64,000 bases of DNA from Paraspadella gotoi (Eukaryota; Animalia; Chaetognatha), in assembly GCA_051294375.1 (NCBI GenBank), contig CM119268.1, forward strand, positions 4,859,878 to 4,923,877. The letters run 5' to 3'. The notes under the pieces are model-generated. The model had not been told where the DNA came from. It did not search any database and saw nothing but the letters and a program-made list of their open reading frames with translations. The stretch's first letter is position 1. Each line of letters opens with the position of its first letter. The position numbers and the translations under genes are program-made. This document shows, piece by piece, positions 41,182 to 55,197 of the stretch.

Positions 41182-44100
41182 CGAGGAGAGAGAGAGGAGA
41201 GGAGAGAGTCGATTAATATAAATAAATTTCGTATCGTTATTTAGAGGGACGTAAATGGGGACTATATCAGATTGGGTTAGTCGCGTGACAACGACGACGA
41301 CAACAACGACGACAATCACAACGACAACATCAACAACAACAACGACGACGTCGACGACATCATTTACAACGACGAAATGTTTATTCGATTCGAGGTTAAA
41401 CATTTTCGTCTTTGATTTCTCGAAATTCTGGATCCCAGTAAAACCCTCTCCTCTCTATCCCTATCTTCCCTCTCTGTCCCTTCCCTATTTCTTGCTCACC
41501 CTTTTTACATACCTGATCCCTTACCTTGCTGACCTTGCTGACCCTTTCCATGGCTTACCCATTTAGCCCTTTACCTTGCTGTCCTCTTGGACCACATTGA
41601 TTTGTGACCCCCTTCCTTTCTCCGACCTGTTACCCTGGCTGACCCCTTTCCCTAATGACCCCCTCCAAGTCCCTTCTCATATCAACTACAAGGTCCATGG
41701 TCATTGGTCACAGATCCCATCTCCCCTTCTCTCCTCTTTACCCACTCGACCCCACCACCCCTAACCATTTTACCCCCACAACCCCCCTTAAAATCCACTT
41801 TTACCACCCCCCACCCCCACCAACCACAAACCCCCACCATCCCGTCATTTGTTAACGTCCAATCATGTCAAGGATCGATCTAAATTCCGATTGGTCAAAC
41901 TTGATACTCTTCAAAGGCTCCTGATTGGTCAGGTTTAACTTTTCCGTTCTCGTCGACCGTGAGTCTTTATTTCTATCTTCTCGATCGAATGAGATGAGAT
42001 TCATTGTTTATAGACAATCGAGCATGAAACGCTAAGATGACTAATTATGAGCGAAAAAGCTAATTCCTTTCTTCTTAGAGATTTTTTTTTTCAAGGAACT
42101 TTTTTCTTTTTCTCTGCTTTTTTTTCTCTTAGAAAAACTGTCCTCTTTCTTTCTTTCTGTTCTTTCTTTCTTTCTTTTATTTTTTTTGTTTCTTTTTTTT
42201 TGTTTCTTCTTTCTTTTCTTGTTTCTTTTTTTCTTTCTTTCTTTCTTTCTTTTTTTTCGCGACCATTAAAGAGAGAAAAAAAAGGCAAAAACAACGAGAA
42301 AAAACAATAAACAACAACAACAACAACAATAGAGACCAACAACGCCCGAGACGATTGAGGCAAAGCCGAAATTACAACAAAACAAACAACGACAACGGCG
42401 ACGACGACCACTAAGATGACAACGACTACGACGATAAGGAAGAGACAACGACGACGCGACAACGACGATTAAAGTACGACATAGACAACGACAACAAAGA
42501 CATTGAAACGACGACGACGACGACGACGAAAACCAAAAAATCGATGAAGGAAAAAAAGAAAATAAGATCGGTCCATCCAATGTGTTGCGCCGCAGTGACT
42601 TTCTTTGCTCGTGAATTCTATGACAGGCAAACTGCTATTTATTCTTTTTTAACTTTGGAGATTCTGAAGGCGGCGCCAAGCCAGTCATTTAGATTTAAGA
42701 TTTTTTCCTTCTTATGTCCTAGACAAATGAGGCAGACTAACTAAAGGCGAAGTTATGACCATTTTTAACGTAAAGTGCGGAATAGACTGACGGACGGACC
42801 ATAAGACCAACCGACCGACAGGACGACCAAAAGTGAAATTATAGAGTTGGCTCCAACGCGAATGTACTAAACGGCTCAACTAAAAAAAAAGTTTTGTTGA
42901 GATTAGAAAACGACGGAATTGGAGGGAGAAAGAAGAAAGAGAGAAATAATTAGTTGACGAAATCGAGAGTGAGAAAAAAAAAGATGATGATGGAAGCCAC
43001 TTCTGTTTAAGCGGGACCAAGTGGATGGGGGTCACAATTAGGTTAGGCTATGGTTATTTGATATTATATTAGGTAATTTGAAATCAAGGATTTTGGTTAT
43101 TGTTGGTTATAATTTAGTGGAATAGTTATTATGGGTTAGGATGGAGTAGTTGGATTGAAGTTAGTGAATAAGGGTGAAAAATCAGTTTAGGATTAGAGTC
43201 AGAGGATGTTGGGTTATAAAGATTAGATTAGCGATTAGGAGTACAGGGTTAGGTGCTTAGATATTGGCGTTGGGATTTTCGTACAGGATTAGTTTAGGAT
43301 TAAGGGATATCAAGATTATGGGTTATGGGATTAGAGGTATAAAGATTTAAGGTTAGTGAGGCAATAACGTCAGAGGATCAGTGGTTTAAGGCGATTAAGA
43401 TTTGGAATTTAAGGATTAGAGGTGACAGATTTGGCTATGGAATAAATGGGAAAAGATTTGGTATGCATTTAGGGTTAAAAAATTATGCTCGCATAATATG
43501 ATTCACGGATATTGGGATTGAAGAGAAAGCGCAACATATGTTGTGGAGAGTCGAGTTAGGGGGGGCTTCTCGACCCCCCAGCGGTTGTGACTTACCTCGA
43601 GGTGAGGTGAAGGCATCTGAAATTTTAACGATAATAGTCTTTCTCTCTCTCTCTCTCATCGGTCATCTCTCTCCAGTCTCCTCTTCTCTTCTTCTCTTCT
43701 CTTCTCTCTCTCTCTCTGCTCTTCTCTCTCTCGTCTATCTCGTCGTCTTTATCTCTTACTCTCCCTGCGCCCGTCTTTCTCTCTACTTTCCTTTCACATC
43801 CCCATGAGTCTCCAAAGACAAACGATCAGCCATCGTTAGTTTTTATTACGCGGTTAGTTTTGCCACTTCCATCCCCTCCTCTGATCCTCTCTCTCTCTCT
43901 TCTCCTCTCTCTCTCGTCTCCTCTCTCTCTGTCTCATCTCTCTCTCTCTCTCTCATCTCTTTGCTCATATCACGCTGTTCCCACGGCCTCTGACGTCATC
44001 AAGTGACCTCATTAAAACGTGCACGCTGATCTCCAAACCTAGATCACCGTGACGCGGTTATTATCGTTTCTTCGACGCCTCATCCTTTTGGGGCAAACCA

Positions 44101-45709
44101 AACATTTTTTCTTAAAAATAAATCGATCGAAAAAATTTGTACTAATTAAAAATCAGTAGAAGAGATTTATAGGATATTAGATTTGTTAAACGGTCTCTTA
44201 GTTATTCCAAAAATATAGAACCTCAACACATACAATAATACATGCATTTTTTTTTTCTTAAATATCACCAAAAACATTTTTCTAATTTTTTGAAACAAAT
44301 TTAGACTCAGTAAGTTTCAGCGACAGTTTACAGTTTTTAAAATCTTCTCGATAATCGCGTTTCTCTACATTACTAGATGTACGTTTTAAAAAACTGTATA
44401 TTACAAATTCTACAAACAGACATTCGTTAATTTGTCAGGTGTTTGTGACACGTGACAACTGTGTTATTTGCCAATATCAATAACGGTCAGCAAAATATAT
44501 ATTGCACTGAACCTTCGTATGAATAATATATTATATATTACTACGTAATAATAAAAATAAAGGTGTCCAATGACTAGTGAACTCAGTAATTGGCTCCTGT
44601 TGTTGTGCTTCTTTTCACTTTCACAGACTTAGAATCTGACTTCATTTTGGTTCTTCTGTTGAGATGGCGTGAAATAGAGTCACATTGACGGCGCGGGATA
44701 CGCCAATAACCAAACAAAACGGTTGAGAATCGGAGATTTAAGAATAGTTATAAATGTTTATTGGGCTTGTTTTGGCTTGGCAAGTAAAAATCAACAGTAA
44801 CCAACTTGTTTGGTTTAATCATTAAAACCTTCAATAAAGAATAATCAAAGCATATAGATTTCCATATGCTAAATTAGCTCATGGTAATATCCTATATGCT
44901 AGAATACAACATAAAGAAAAACAAGATTAATAATTATCAATTAGAACGAATTTAACAAAAACGTTCACTTAACGTAATAATAAAGTTAATAAACGGAGAG
45001 CTCGTTCCAATTAATTAAGTTTCTCCTTTGGTAAGTTTTACTACGAAGCAAATGGAAGTTGATTGAAATCAGCAGATGGAAATAAATAGAACAAGTCGAA
45101 GCTGACTTTATTTAGCTTGGTTAGTTCTCTTTGTCTTACTATGAACCAAAGCTTAATGTGTAAGAAAGATTAACTATAAAATATTTCTGAGTTACATATA
45201 TCAACTTCACTGTAACGCAGGGCGACTCACTGGCTGCGTCGCCTCCTTGTGGCCGGAAAATCTGGGGTTCAAACCTACACTTCCTTTCATATCTTTGTGA
45301 AAGGACGAATATTTAGGATCCTATAATTCAACTCTACTTTTCAGATGTGATTGAAAACGGCACGAAGAATCTCAGCAAAAGACGATAACGACGACAAAAA
45401 GGACGACAAGCAACGAGAACGACAACCGACGAAAAAAAAGAACCCCTGCCTTGATCCAAAGACGTCAACGTTCCTGCGCGTCCGGTCACAGGATACGAAT
45501 ATCCAGAATGGCTCGCGCGCCCGAGATTTTTTTGCCGTCGTGAATTCCTTTCTCTCTTCTCTCTCTCTCTCTCTCAGTCATCGTCTCTCCCTCTGCTCTC
45601 ATCTCGTCTCTCACTACTCTCTCTTTCTCTCTGCTCTCCCACAAGCACGCGACGGTCTCACAACTCACTATTCTCCGTCTTCGCCCTCGGTATCATCAAC
45701 ATAAAGTTT

Positions 45710-45720
<11 letters not shown>
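37340..45720 (+). repeat. ~8.4 kb direct duplicate of 48762-56880 (probable assembly artefact)
   Basis: Colinear match (37381 'ggaaaagagaagaggtcacg' = 48802; ~45690 'tatcatcaac' = ~56801). Differences are indel-dominated, and the copy begins shortly after a 25-N gap (37075-37099). Confidence 0.9.
39529..39978. mobile_element. Tc1/mariner-type MITE (copy within the duplicated block)
   Basis: TA-flanked, ~75-bp TIRs starting CAAGGTGACAC; same insertion as 50894-51342 and 46975-47427. Confidence 0.75.
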
Positions 45721-45800
<80 letters not shown>

Positions 45801-46132
45801 ATAAGGCCATCGCCCTCCGCTCCTCCCCCTCCTCCGCCCCCCCCGAATAAAGTGGCCATAAATCGATCGAACGGATAAATAAAACGCGACAATAAAATAC
45901 GTAATAACAAAAGCGACTCGTGCTCTTTTGGCGACGAGAGAATTTTTGTTCTATATCCGAATAGAATCGAACGTAAAAAGATGAGGGAATTTAAGATAGA
46001 AAAAAAATTGTTAAATGAAAAAGCAAATTTTTTCACGAATTAATTAATATTTTCATTTTAATTTTGTCACCTTTGTCAAGTAAAGAGAGAGAGAGAGAGC
46101 GGGAGATCGACGATGAGAGAGATAGAAGAGAC

Positions 46133-46164
<32 letters not shown>

Positions 46165-47801
46165 AGAGGAAGAGATGATTTGAATAGTATGTGAGTGAAC
46201 AAATTGCGACCAAATTCAATGGAGCGTCAGAGACCCAAACTCACGCAATCACGCGAAGACATTCAGCAAGATTATAACCATTTTTAAATCCACATTGTAT
46301 TATAACTGTTATATTATTATTATATGTATTTATTTTGTTAAAAGGTATCGTTCTTTAGTTCGTCATTCGGTTTCCGCAGCCAAAAGAATTCAAGTTAAAA
46401 AAAATCAATGAATAATCGATCACAGTCAAACTTTGAATGATGACCTCAAAGACTTTGTGGTGTTTTTCGCCGTTATTCTTGATGAATATCCTCATTTTAT
46501 TTTAATACTATTGCTTATACAATTCGAAATAATACATTAAAACGCCATTAAGAAGCAGTTGTTCTGGGATTGAATAACTAGACGGAGCGAGTCTCTTGAT
46601 TTATTATTATTTTTAAAACTACGTATTAAAATTTAACAAAAACTAAAGACACTAATTGATTAAATGCTTGCTGGTCCTGAACTGTTATTGTTATGTTCCC
46701 TCAGCAAAGCCTCTCCATAGTCTGTCAAGATAGCTTATTTAATGAACAATGAAATAATGATATTATTTATATGATTTTTCCATAAAGCCCAAATAACGTT
46801 AATGGCGACAAATTACTTATTTCTCGATCTTGTTTTATTTTTTATATTAACAATTATCTTTTGACTGTAACATCTACGTAGTTTCGTGTTTTTTGAAAAA
46901 AAAAACATTTTAAAAATTTAAAAAAAAACTTAAGTTTGAATTGGTTGAAGAGGTGATTCTTCCAAAAGGTCGTACAAGTGACACACGGACAACCCGCCGC
47001 TATAAAAAAATCGTCATTTGCAAACTTGCTAAAGATTTTCTTAAATTCTGAACAAAATTTCTGCCAGTAAAAACCAAAATCATTTATATATCCAAATTTT
47101 ATATCGATTGGTTTTGATTTACTTGGCAATTGGAGCGGAGAAAAGTTGCCTTAAAATCGACTTTTCATTTTTACAAACTTTTTTTTCTTCAATTGTTTGT
47201 CTAACTTTCTACATTTCTTAGAAAAGTTACCTAAAAGGGTATCAATTATCTTCTGAAAGCTCTTTTAAAAATACTGACTATCCAGCTTTAAATAAAAAAA
47301 AGTAACTAATCATATGAAATTTTGGTTTTTTGCTACAGAAAAAAAAACTTTCAGATTTAAAAAAGATCATCCACAGTTTTGCAAATGACGATTTTTTTCT
47401 TGCGGCGGGTTGTCGGGTGTCACCTTGTATGCAGCCGCCAACCCGCATGTTATGATATCAACAAAAAACGCGCGAGAGTTACTAAATAACGTCATTAAAT
47501 TTTGAACTAAGATAATCCGATTTTTATCTCTGAAGTTTTAGAATTCATCACTTTTTTTTCCACGTCGTTGACAGTATCAATGAAGGCCAATTGAGGTCGT
47601 TACGGTTCTTAAAAATCATGCTGAGCCGATCTGAGAAAAAAAAAATTAGAGAACCGGTTTGAAAGAAAAATCCAAACGTTTATCAAGATGTCGTTGTTAA
47701 TAAGTAATAATTCTTCGCAGAATTAGTTCATTTATCTTTTAGTTTGGGCCGAAGCAAAGTCGACATCCGAGAAGAACGTTAGTGCGCTCTTTCATATATC
47801 A

Positions 47802-47832
<31 letters not shown>

Positions 47833-47834
47833 CT

Positions 47835-47872
<38 letters not shown>

Positions 47873-48760
47873 TGGTCTCTCTTCTCTCTCTCCTCACGCT
47901 GTGTGGCGAACACAGAATCCGTTTGGACATCAATGTTGGTTTGTTTTACTTTCCGAGAAAATATTTAAGTGTCCACGTTTATTTGATTTTTTAATTCTAA
48001 AAATATAAATAAAAAAAGTTAAATAAATAAATAGGTTTGTAAAAGAAAGCGAAAACGACATAATTTTGAGTTTTTTTTAATCCCAATTTTCAACCTATTT
48101 TTTTTTTATATCCATTTCTCATCATTTTTTAAAACTATTTCCTCTAAGAATCATCGGAAAACTTTTAAAAACTATTGTAGTATTACCATTTATTCGAACC
48201 CATTTTTTCAAATCAATTCTTAAATCCATTTCTCATGACATTTCTATTTCTAATTTCCATTTCAACCACAATCACGACTCAATCTTCCCTTCACCCGGTT
48301 CCCATCACCACTCATTCGCTTCTCTCTCTCTCTCTCTCTCTCTCTCCTCTCTTCTCTCTCTCTCTCTCTCTCTCCTCTCATCTCTCTCTCTCTCTCTCTC
48401 TCTCCTTTCTCCCTCTTGTGTGTGTCTTTTTTCCATGAATTATGAATCTCATGAATTATGTTCAGCGATTCGTTTCCCTTTGTTTGCTTTCGTTTCCTTT
48501 TGTTTTCCTTTTCTTTCTTTTTAGTTTTCACTATCCTTTTCTCCTCCCTCCCACTCCACCGAATTTTCGGGGACTTTGGATTTGACAACTTTTTCGTACG
48601 TGTTCCATGTCGTCGCTTGGGAACGCAGAACGCCGGTTGACGCTGGACAATTTGACGGCGCCACTCTCTCTCTCTCTTTCTCCTCTCTTCACTCTCTCTC
48701 TCTCTCTCTCTCCTCTCTCTCTACTCTCTCTCTTCTCTCTTCTTCTCTCTCTCCTCTCTC
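45720..48760 (-). repeat. ~3 kb inverted copy of ~38260-41190 (= ~49680-52600)
   Basis: 45800-45875 is the reverse complement of 41040-41120, and 48650 'tttgacggcg' is the reverse complement of 38300 'cgccgtcaaa'. Both junctions fall in (CT)n tracts. Confidence 0.9.
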
Positions 48761-48851
48761 GAAAGGAAAGGAAAGGAAAGGAAAGGAAAGAAAAGAGAAG
48801 TGGAAAAGAGAAGAGGTCACGTGATATGATAAACCCGCAATCTATTTTTAG

Positions 48852-48941
48852 GATTGGGGTTGCGACCCGGACGGGACTTGCGGCACGGGACACGGTCCTC
48901 AAGAGAAGCACATCCACTGCGCCGACATTTCCATTCGCTGA
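48852..48941 (+). CDS. In-frame copy of the LPMO terminal exon (DWGCDPDGTCGTGHGPQEKHIHCADISIR*)
   Basis: tttttag acceptor; 90 nt open through to TGA; contains the extra T (GGGACTTGC) missing from the 37431 copy. Confidence 0.85.
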   Translation, partial: DWGCDPDGTCGTGHGPQEKHIHCADISIR

Positions 48942-49593
48942 AGACTTTATTACAAACTTAATTTTTATATAAATGAATGATTTTTAGATATTACCAAATG
49001 AGAGATAATCTGATGATAAATTGTCACGTTTTATAAATTATAATAAATGATTATAAAAGTTATAATAACTCTGATTAGTCGGTTATACAACTATAATAAT
49101 TACTTATTATTATATCATTACATTACACTAGCATTACACTTTTGTTGTACCAATTTATATCCTAATAAAACGACTAATTCACAGATTTATAATGTTTCTT
49201 GATAAAGAGACTGATAGAGTAGTGATACATCTAGGGATAATTTACTATCCCTATTTACTCATCAATGACTAATTTAACTATTTTTTTACTAATTTCTACT
49301 TCTTTTACGAATTTATTTTAAATTTCTTAAGTCGTGAAACAATCGCACTTCGGTCTAAAAACTGTTATATATAGATATATATATAGATATATAAATAGAT
49401 ATACAGATATATATTAGGAATTATGTCAGGAATTCTAAGGCGAAATCATGAAACTTTCATTGAAAGGTTTTATAATAAATTTATTTAAACCTTAAACTCA
49501 ACTTTTTCTGTTGCTATTTTGTTGAATGTTGAGTGTTGACTGTTAAAAGCCGCTGAGATGCGTTGTAGCCCCTCGCCATCTGGTGAGCAAACG

Positions 49594-49700
<107 letters not shown>

Positions 49701-49952
49701 TGCGCCGTCAAATTGTCACGTCAACCGGCGTTCTGCGTTTCCAAGCGACGACATGGAACGACGTCGAAAAGTCTGTCAAATCCAAAAGCCGAAAATTCGG
49801 TGGAGTGGGAGGGAGGAGAAAGGATATGGAAAACTAAAAGAAAGAAAAGAGAAAACAAAAGGAAAACGAAAGCAAAACAAAAGGGAAAACGAAATCGCTG
49901 AACATAATTCATGAGATTCATAATTCATGGAAAAAAGACACACACAGAGAGG

Positions 49953-50022
<70 letters not shown>

Positions 50023-50491
50023 CGAGTGAGGGTGATGGGGAACCGGGTGAAGGGAGATTGAGTCGTGATTGTGGTTGGAAAATGGAATTAGAAATAGAAA
50101 TGTCATGAGAAATGGATTTAAGAATTGATTGAAAAATGGGTTCGAAAAATGGTAATACTAACAATAGTTTTTAAAAGTTTTCCGATGATTTCTTAGAGGA
50201 AATGAGTTTTAAAAATGATGAGAAATGGATATAAAAAAAATAGGTTGAAAAATGGGATTAAAAAAACTCAAATTATGTCGTTTTCCTTTCTTTTACAACC
50301 TATTTATTTATTTAAACTTTTTTATTTATATTTTTAGAATTAAAAAAATCAAAATAAACGTGACACTTAAATATTTTCTCGGAAAGTAAACAAACAAAAT
50401 TGATGTCAACGGGATTCTGTGTTCGCCACACAGAGTGAGAGAGAGAAGAGAGAGAGAGAGACAGAGAGGAAGAGGAGAGAGAAGAGAGAGA

Positions 50492-50527
<36 letters not shown>

Positions 50528-50893
50528 ATGGAAAGAGCGCACTAAACCGTTCTCTCGATGTCGGACTTTGCTCGGCCCAAAACTAAAGATAAATGAACTA
50601 ATTCTGCGGAAGAAATTATTAAACTTATTAACAACGACATCTTGATAAATCGTTTGGATTTTTCTTTCAAACCGGTTCTCTAATTTTTTTTTTCTCCAGA
50701 TCGGCTCAGCATCGATTTTTAAGACAGTAACGACCTCAATTGGCTTCATTGATACTTCAACGACGTGAAAAAAAAGGATTGAATTCTAAAGACTTCAGCG
50801 ATAAAAATCGGATTATCTTACGTTCAAATTTATGACGTATTTAGTACTCTCGCGCGTTTTTGTGATATCATAACATGCGGGTGGCGGCTCATA

Positions 50894-51342
50894 CAAGGTG
50901 ACACCCGACAACCCGCCGCAAGAAAAAAATCGTCATTTGCAAACCTGTGAAGATCTTTTTTAAATCTGAAAGTTTTTTTCTGTAGCAAAAACCAAAATTT
51001 CATAATGATTAGTTACTTTTTTTTATTTAAAGCTGGATAGTACAGTATTTTTAAAAGAGCTTTCAGAAGATATTGATACCTTTTTAGGTAAAACTTTTCT
51101 AAGAAATGTTTAGAAAGTTAGACAAACAGATTGAAGAAAAAAAAGTTTTAAAATGAAAGTCGATTTTGAAGGCAACTTTTCTCCGCTCATTGCCAAGTCA
51201 AATCAAAACCAATCGATATAAAATTTGGATATATAAATGATTTTGGTTTTTACTGCAGAAAAATTTGTTCAGATTAAAAAAATCTTTACAAGTTTGCAAA
51301 TGACGATTTTTTTATAGCGGCGGGTTGTCGTGTGTCACCTTG
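50894..51342. mobile_element. Tc1/mariner-type MITE, ~450 bp
   Basis: TA|CAAGGTGACACCCGACAACCCGCCGC...AAAAAAATCGTCATTTGCAAAC ... GTTTGCAAATGACGATTTTTTT...GCGGCGGGTTGTCGTGTGTCACCTTG|TA; no transposase-like ORF. Confidence 0.8.
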
Positions 51343-52127
51343 TACGACCCTTTTGGAAGAATCACCTCTTCAACAAATTCAAACTTAAGTTTTTTTTAAT
51401 TTTTAAATGTTTTTTTTTTTCAAAAACACGAACTACGTAGATGTACATCAAAAGATAAATTGTTAATATAAAAAATAAAACGAGAAAATAAGTATTTGTC
51501 GCCATTAACGTTATTCTGGGCTTTATGAAAAATCAATAAATAATATCCATTATTTCATTGTTCATTAAATAAGCTATCTTGACAGACTATGGAGAGGCTT
51601 TGCTGAGGGAACATAACAATAACAGTTCAGGACCCAGCAAGCATTTAATCATTAGTGTCTTTTGTTTTTGTTAAATTTTAATACGTAGTTTAAAAAAATA
51701 ATAATAATCAAGAGACTCGCTCCGTCTAGTTTATTCAATCCCAGAACAACTGGCTTCTTAATGGCGTTTTAATGTATTGTTTCAATTGTATAAGCAATAG
51801 TATTAAAATAAAATGAGCATATCATCACAATAACAGGCGAAAAACACCACAAAGTCTTTGAGGTCATCATTCAAAGTTTGACTGTGATCGATTATTCATT
51901 GATTTTTTTTTAACTTGAATCTTTTGGCTGCGGAAACCGATGACGACTAAAGAACGATACCTTTTAACAAAATAAATAACATTATAATAATAATAATAAC
52001 ATTATAATACAATGTGATTTAAAAATGGTTATAATCTTTGCTGAAAATGTCTTCGCGTGATTGCGTGAGTTTGTCTCTGACGCTCCATTGAATTTGGTCG
52101 CAATTTGTTCACTCACATACTATTCAA

Positions 52128-52214
<87 letters not shown>

Positions 52215-52486
52215 ACTTGACAAAGGTGACAAAATTAAATGAAAATATTAATTATTCGTGAAAAAAATTTGCTTTTTCATTTAAACAATTTTTTTTCTAT
52301 CTTAATTCCCTCATCTTTTTACGTTCGATTCTAATTCGATATAAACAAAAATTCTCTCGTCGCCAAAAACACGAGTCGCTTTTTTATTTACGTTTTATTC
52401 GCGTTTTATTTATCGTTCGATCGATTTATGGCCACTTTATTCGGGGGGGGCGGAGGAGGGGAGGAGCCGGAGGGCGATGGGCTTAT

Positions 52487-52614
<128 letters not shown>

Positions 52615-53559
52615 AATTAATATAAATAAATTTCGTATCGTTATTAGGAGGGACGTAAATGGGGACTATATCAGATTGGGTTAGTCGGTGACAACGACGA
52701 CGACAACAACGACGACAATCACAACGACAACATCAACAACAACAACGACGACGTCGACGACATCATTTACAACGACGAAATGTTTATTCGATTCGAGGTT
52801 AAACATTTTCGTCTTTGATTCTCGAAATTCTGGATCCCAGTAAAACCCTCTCCTCTTCTTAATCCCTATCTTCCCTCTCTGTCCCCTTCCCTATTTCTTG
52901 CTCACCCTTTTTACATACCTGATCCCCTTACCTTGCTGACCTTGCTGACCCCTTTCCATGGCTTACCCATTTAGCCCTTTACCTTGCTGTCCTCTTGGAC
53001 CACATTGATTGTGTGACCCCCTTCCTTTCTCCGACCTGTTACCCTGGCTGACCCCTTTCCCCTTAATGACCCCCTCCAAGTCCCTTCTCATATCAACTAC
53101 AAGGTCCATGGTCATTGGTCACAGATCCCATCTCCCCTTCTCTCCTCTTTACCCACTCGACCCCACCACCCCTAACCATTTTTACCCCCACAACCCCCTT
53201 AAAATCCACTTTTACCACCCCCCACCACCCCCACCAACCACAAACCCCCACCATCCCGTCATTTGTTAACGTCCAATCATGTCAAGGATCGATCTAAATT
53301 CCGATTGGTCAAACTTGATACTCTTCAAAGGCTCCTGATTGGTCAGGTTTAACTTTTCCGTTCTCCGTCGACCGTGAGTCTTTATTTCTATCTTCTCGAT
53401 CGAATGAGATGAGATTCATTGTTTATAGACAATCGAGCATGAAACGCTAAGATGACTAATTATGAGCGAAAAGCTAATTCCTTTCTTCTTAGAGATTTTT
53501 TTTTTCAAGGAACTTTTTTTCTTTTTCTCTGCTTTTTTTTCTCTTAGAAAAACTGTCTC

Positions 53560-53591
<32 letters not shown>

Positions 53592-54184
53592 TATTTTTTT
53601 GTTTCTTTTTTTTTGTTTCTTTCTTTCTTTTCTTGTTTCTTTTCTTTCTTTCTTTCTTTCTTTCTTTTTTTCGCGACCATTAAAGAGAGAAAAAAAAGGC
53701 AAAAACAACGAGAAAAAACAATAACAACAACAACAACAACAATAGAGACCAACAACGCCCGAGACGATTGAGGCAAAGCCGAAATCTACAACAACAACAA
53801 CGACAACGGCGACGACGACCACTAAGATGACAACGACTACGACGATAAGGAAGAGACAACGACGACGCCGACAACGACGATTAAAGTACGACATAGACAA
53901 CGACAACAAAGACATTGAAGACGACGACGACGACGACGACGAAAACCAAAAAATCGATGAAGGAAAAAAGAAAATAAGATCGGTCCATCCAATGTGTTGC
54001 GCCGCAGTGACTTTCTTTGCTCGTGAATTTATGACAGGCACTGTATTTTATTCTTTTTACTTTGAGGATTTACTGAAGGCGGCGCAAGCAGTCATTTAGA
54101 TTTAAGGATTTTTTCCTTCTTATGTCCTAACAAATGAGCAACTAACTAAAGGCGAGTTATGACCATTTTTAACGTAAGTGGAAT

Positions 54185-54282
54185 AGACTGACGGACGGAC
54201 ATACTGACCAACCGACCGACAGACCGACCAAAAAGTGAATTATAGAGTTGCTCCGCGAGTACTAACGGCTCAACTAAAAAAA
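54185..54282 (+). mobile_element. Helentron/DINE-1-like non-autonomous element end; related motifs at 31200-31397, 42785-42888 and 61170-61260 (inverted)
   Basis: GACG/GACC tetramer repeats followed by AAAGTG..TATAGAGTTG..CAACTAAAAA. The 31370 copy has the hairpin ATCTGC-GATAA-GCAGAT before CGACTAAAA. Confidence 0.45.
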
Positions 54283-54419
54283 AGTTTTGTTGAGATTAGA
54301 AAAGACGGAATGAGGGAGAAAGAGAAAGAGAGGAAAATTAGTTGACGAATCGAGATGTGAGAAAAAAAAAATGATGTGAACCACTTCTGTTTAAGGGGAC
54401 CAAGTGATGGGGGGGTCAC

Positions 54420-54840
54420 AATTAGGTTAGGCCTTGGTTATTTGATATTAGGTAAGGAATGAAAGTCAAGGATTTGGTTAGGGATAATTAGGGATGAGTT
54501 ATATGGGTTAGGGATTGGGGTAGGGGATTGAAGTTAGGAATAAGGGTTGAAAAATCAGTTAAGGATTAGAGTCAGAGATTAGGGTTATAAAGATTAGATT
54601 AGGATTAGAGTTACAGGTTAGTGTTAGATATTGGCGTTAGGGATTTTCGTTAAGGATTTAGTTTAGGATTAAGGATCAAGATTATGGGTTAGGGATTAAG
54701 GTTAAAGATTAGGTAGGAGGATAAGCGTCAAGGATCTAGTGGGTTTAGGGATTAAGATTTGGAATTAAGGATTAGGGTGACAGATTTGGCTATGGATAAT
54801 GGTGAAAGATTTGGTTATGCATTAGGGTTAAAAATTATGC
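54420..54840. repeat. Degenerate TTAGGG/TTAGG-like interstitial repeat (duplicate at ~43040-43520)
   Basis: Dense ttaggg/ttaagg/ttagag variants, with no perfect array. Confidence 0.7.
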
Positions 54841-54967
54841 TCGATAATATGATTACGGATTTGGGATAAGAGATAAGGCCACATATTTGTGGAGAGTCGA
54901 GTTAGGGGTCAGAAGCGGTGTGACTTACCTCGAGGTGAGGTGAGGCATCTGAAATTTACGATATATA

Positions 54968-55009
<42 letters not shown>

Positions 55010-55157
55010 TTATCTCTTACTCTTCCTGGCGCCCTCTTTCTCTCACTTTCCTTTCACATCCCCAATAGTCGTCCAAGAAACATCAGCCATCTTAGTTTTA
55101 TTTCGCGTTAGTTTGCCAGCTTCCATCGCCTCTCTATCTCTCTCTCTCCTCTCGTCT

Positions 55158-55197
<40 letters not shown>

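Noticed and set aside
53700-54100. ORFs in (ACA/ACG)n-rich sequence (also 42260-42750)
   Set aside because: Trinucleotide low complexity; frames are not conserved between the two copies and there is no convincing splice structure.
54420-54840. Telomere or chromosome-fusion site
   Set aside because: The repeats are highly degenerate and in a single orientation, and similar tracts occur inside short mobile elements.
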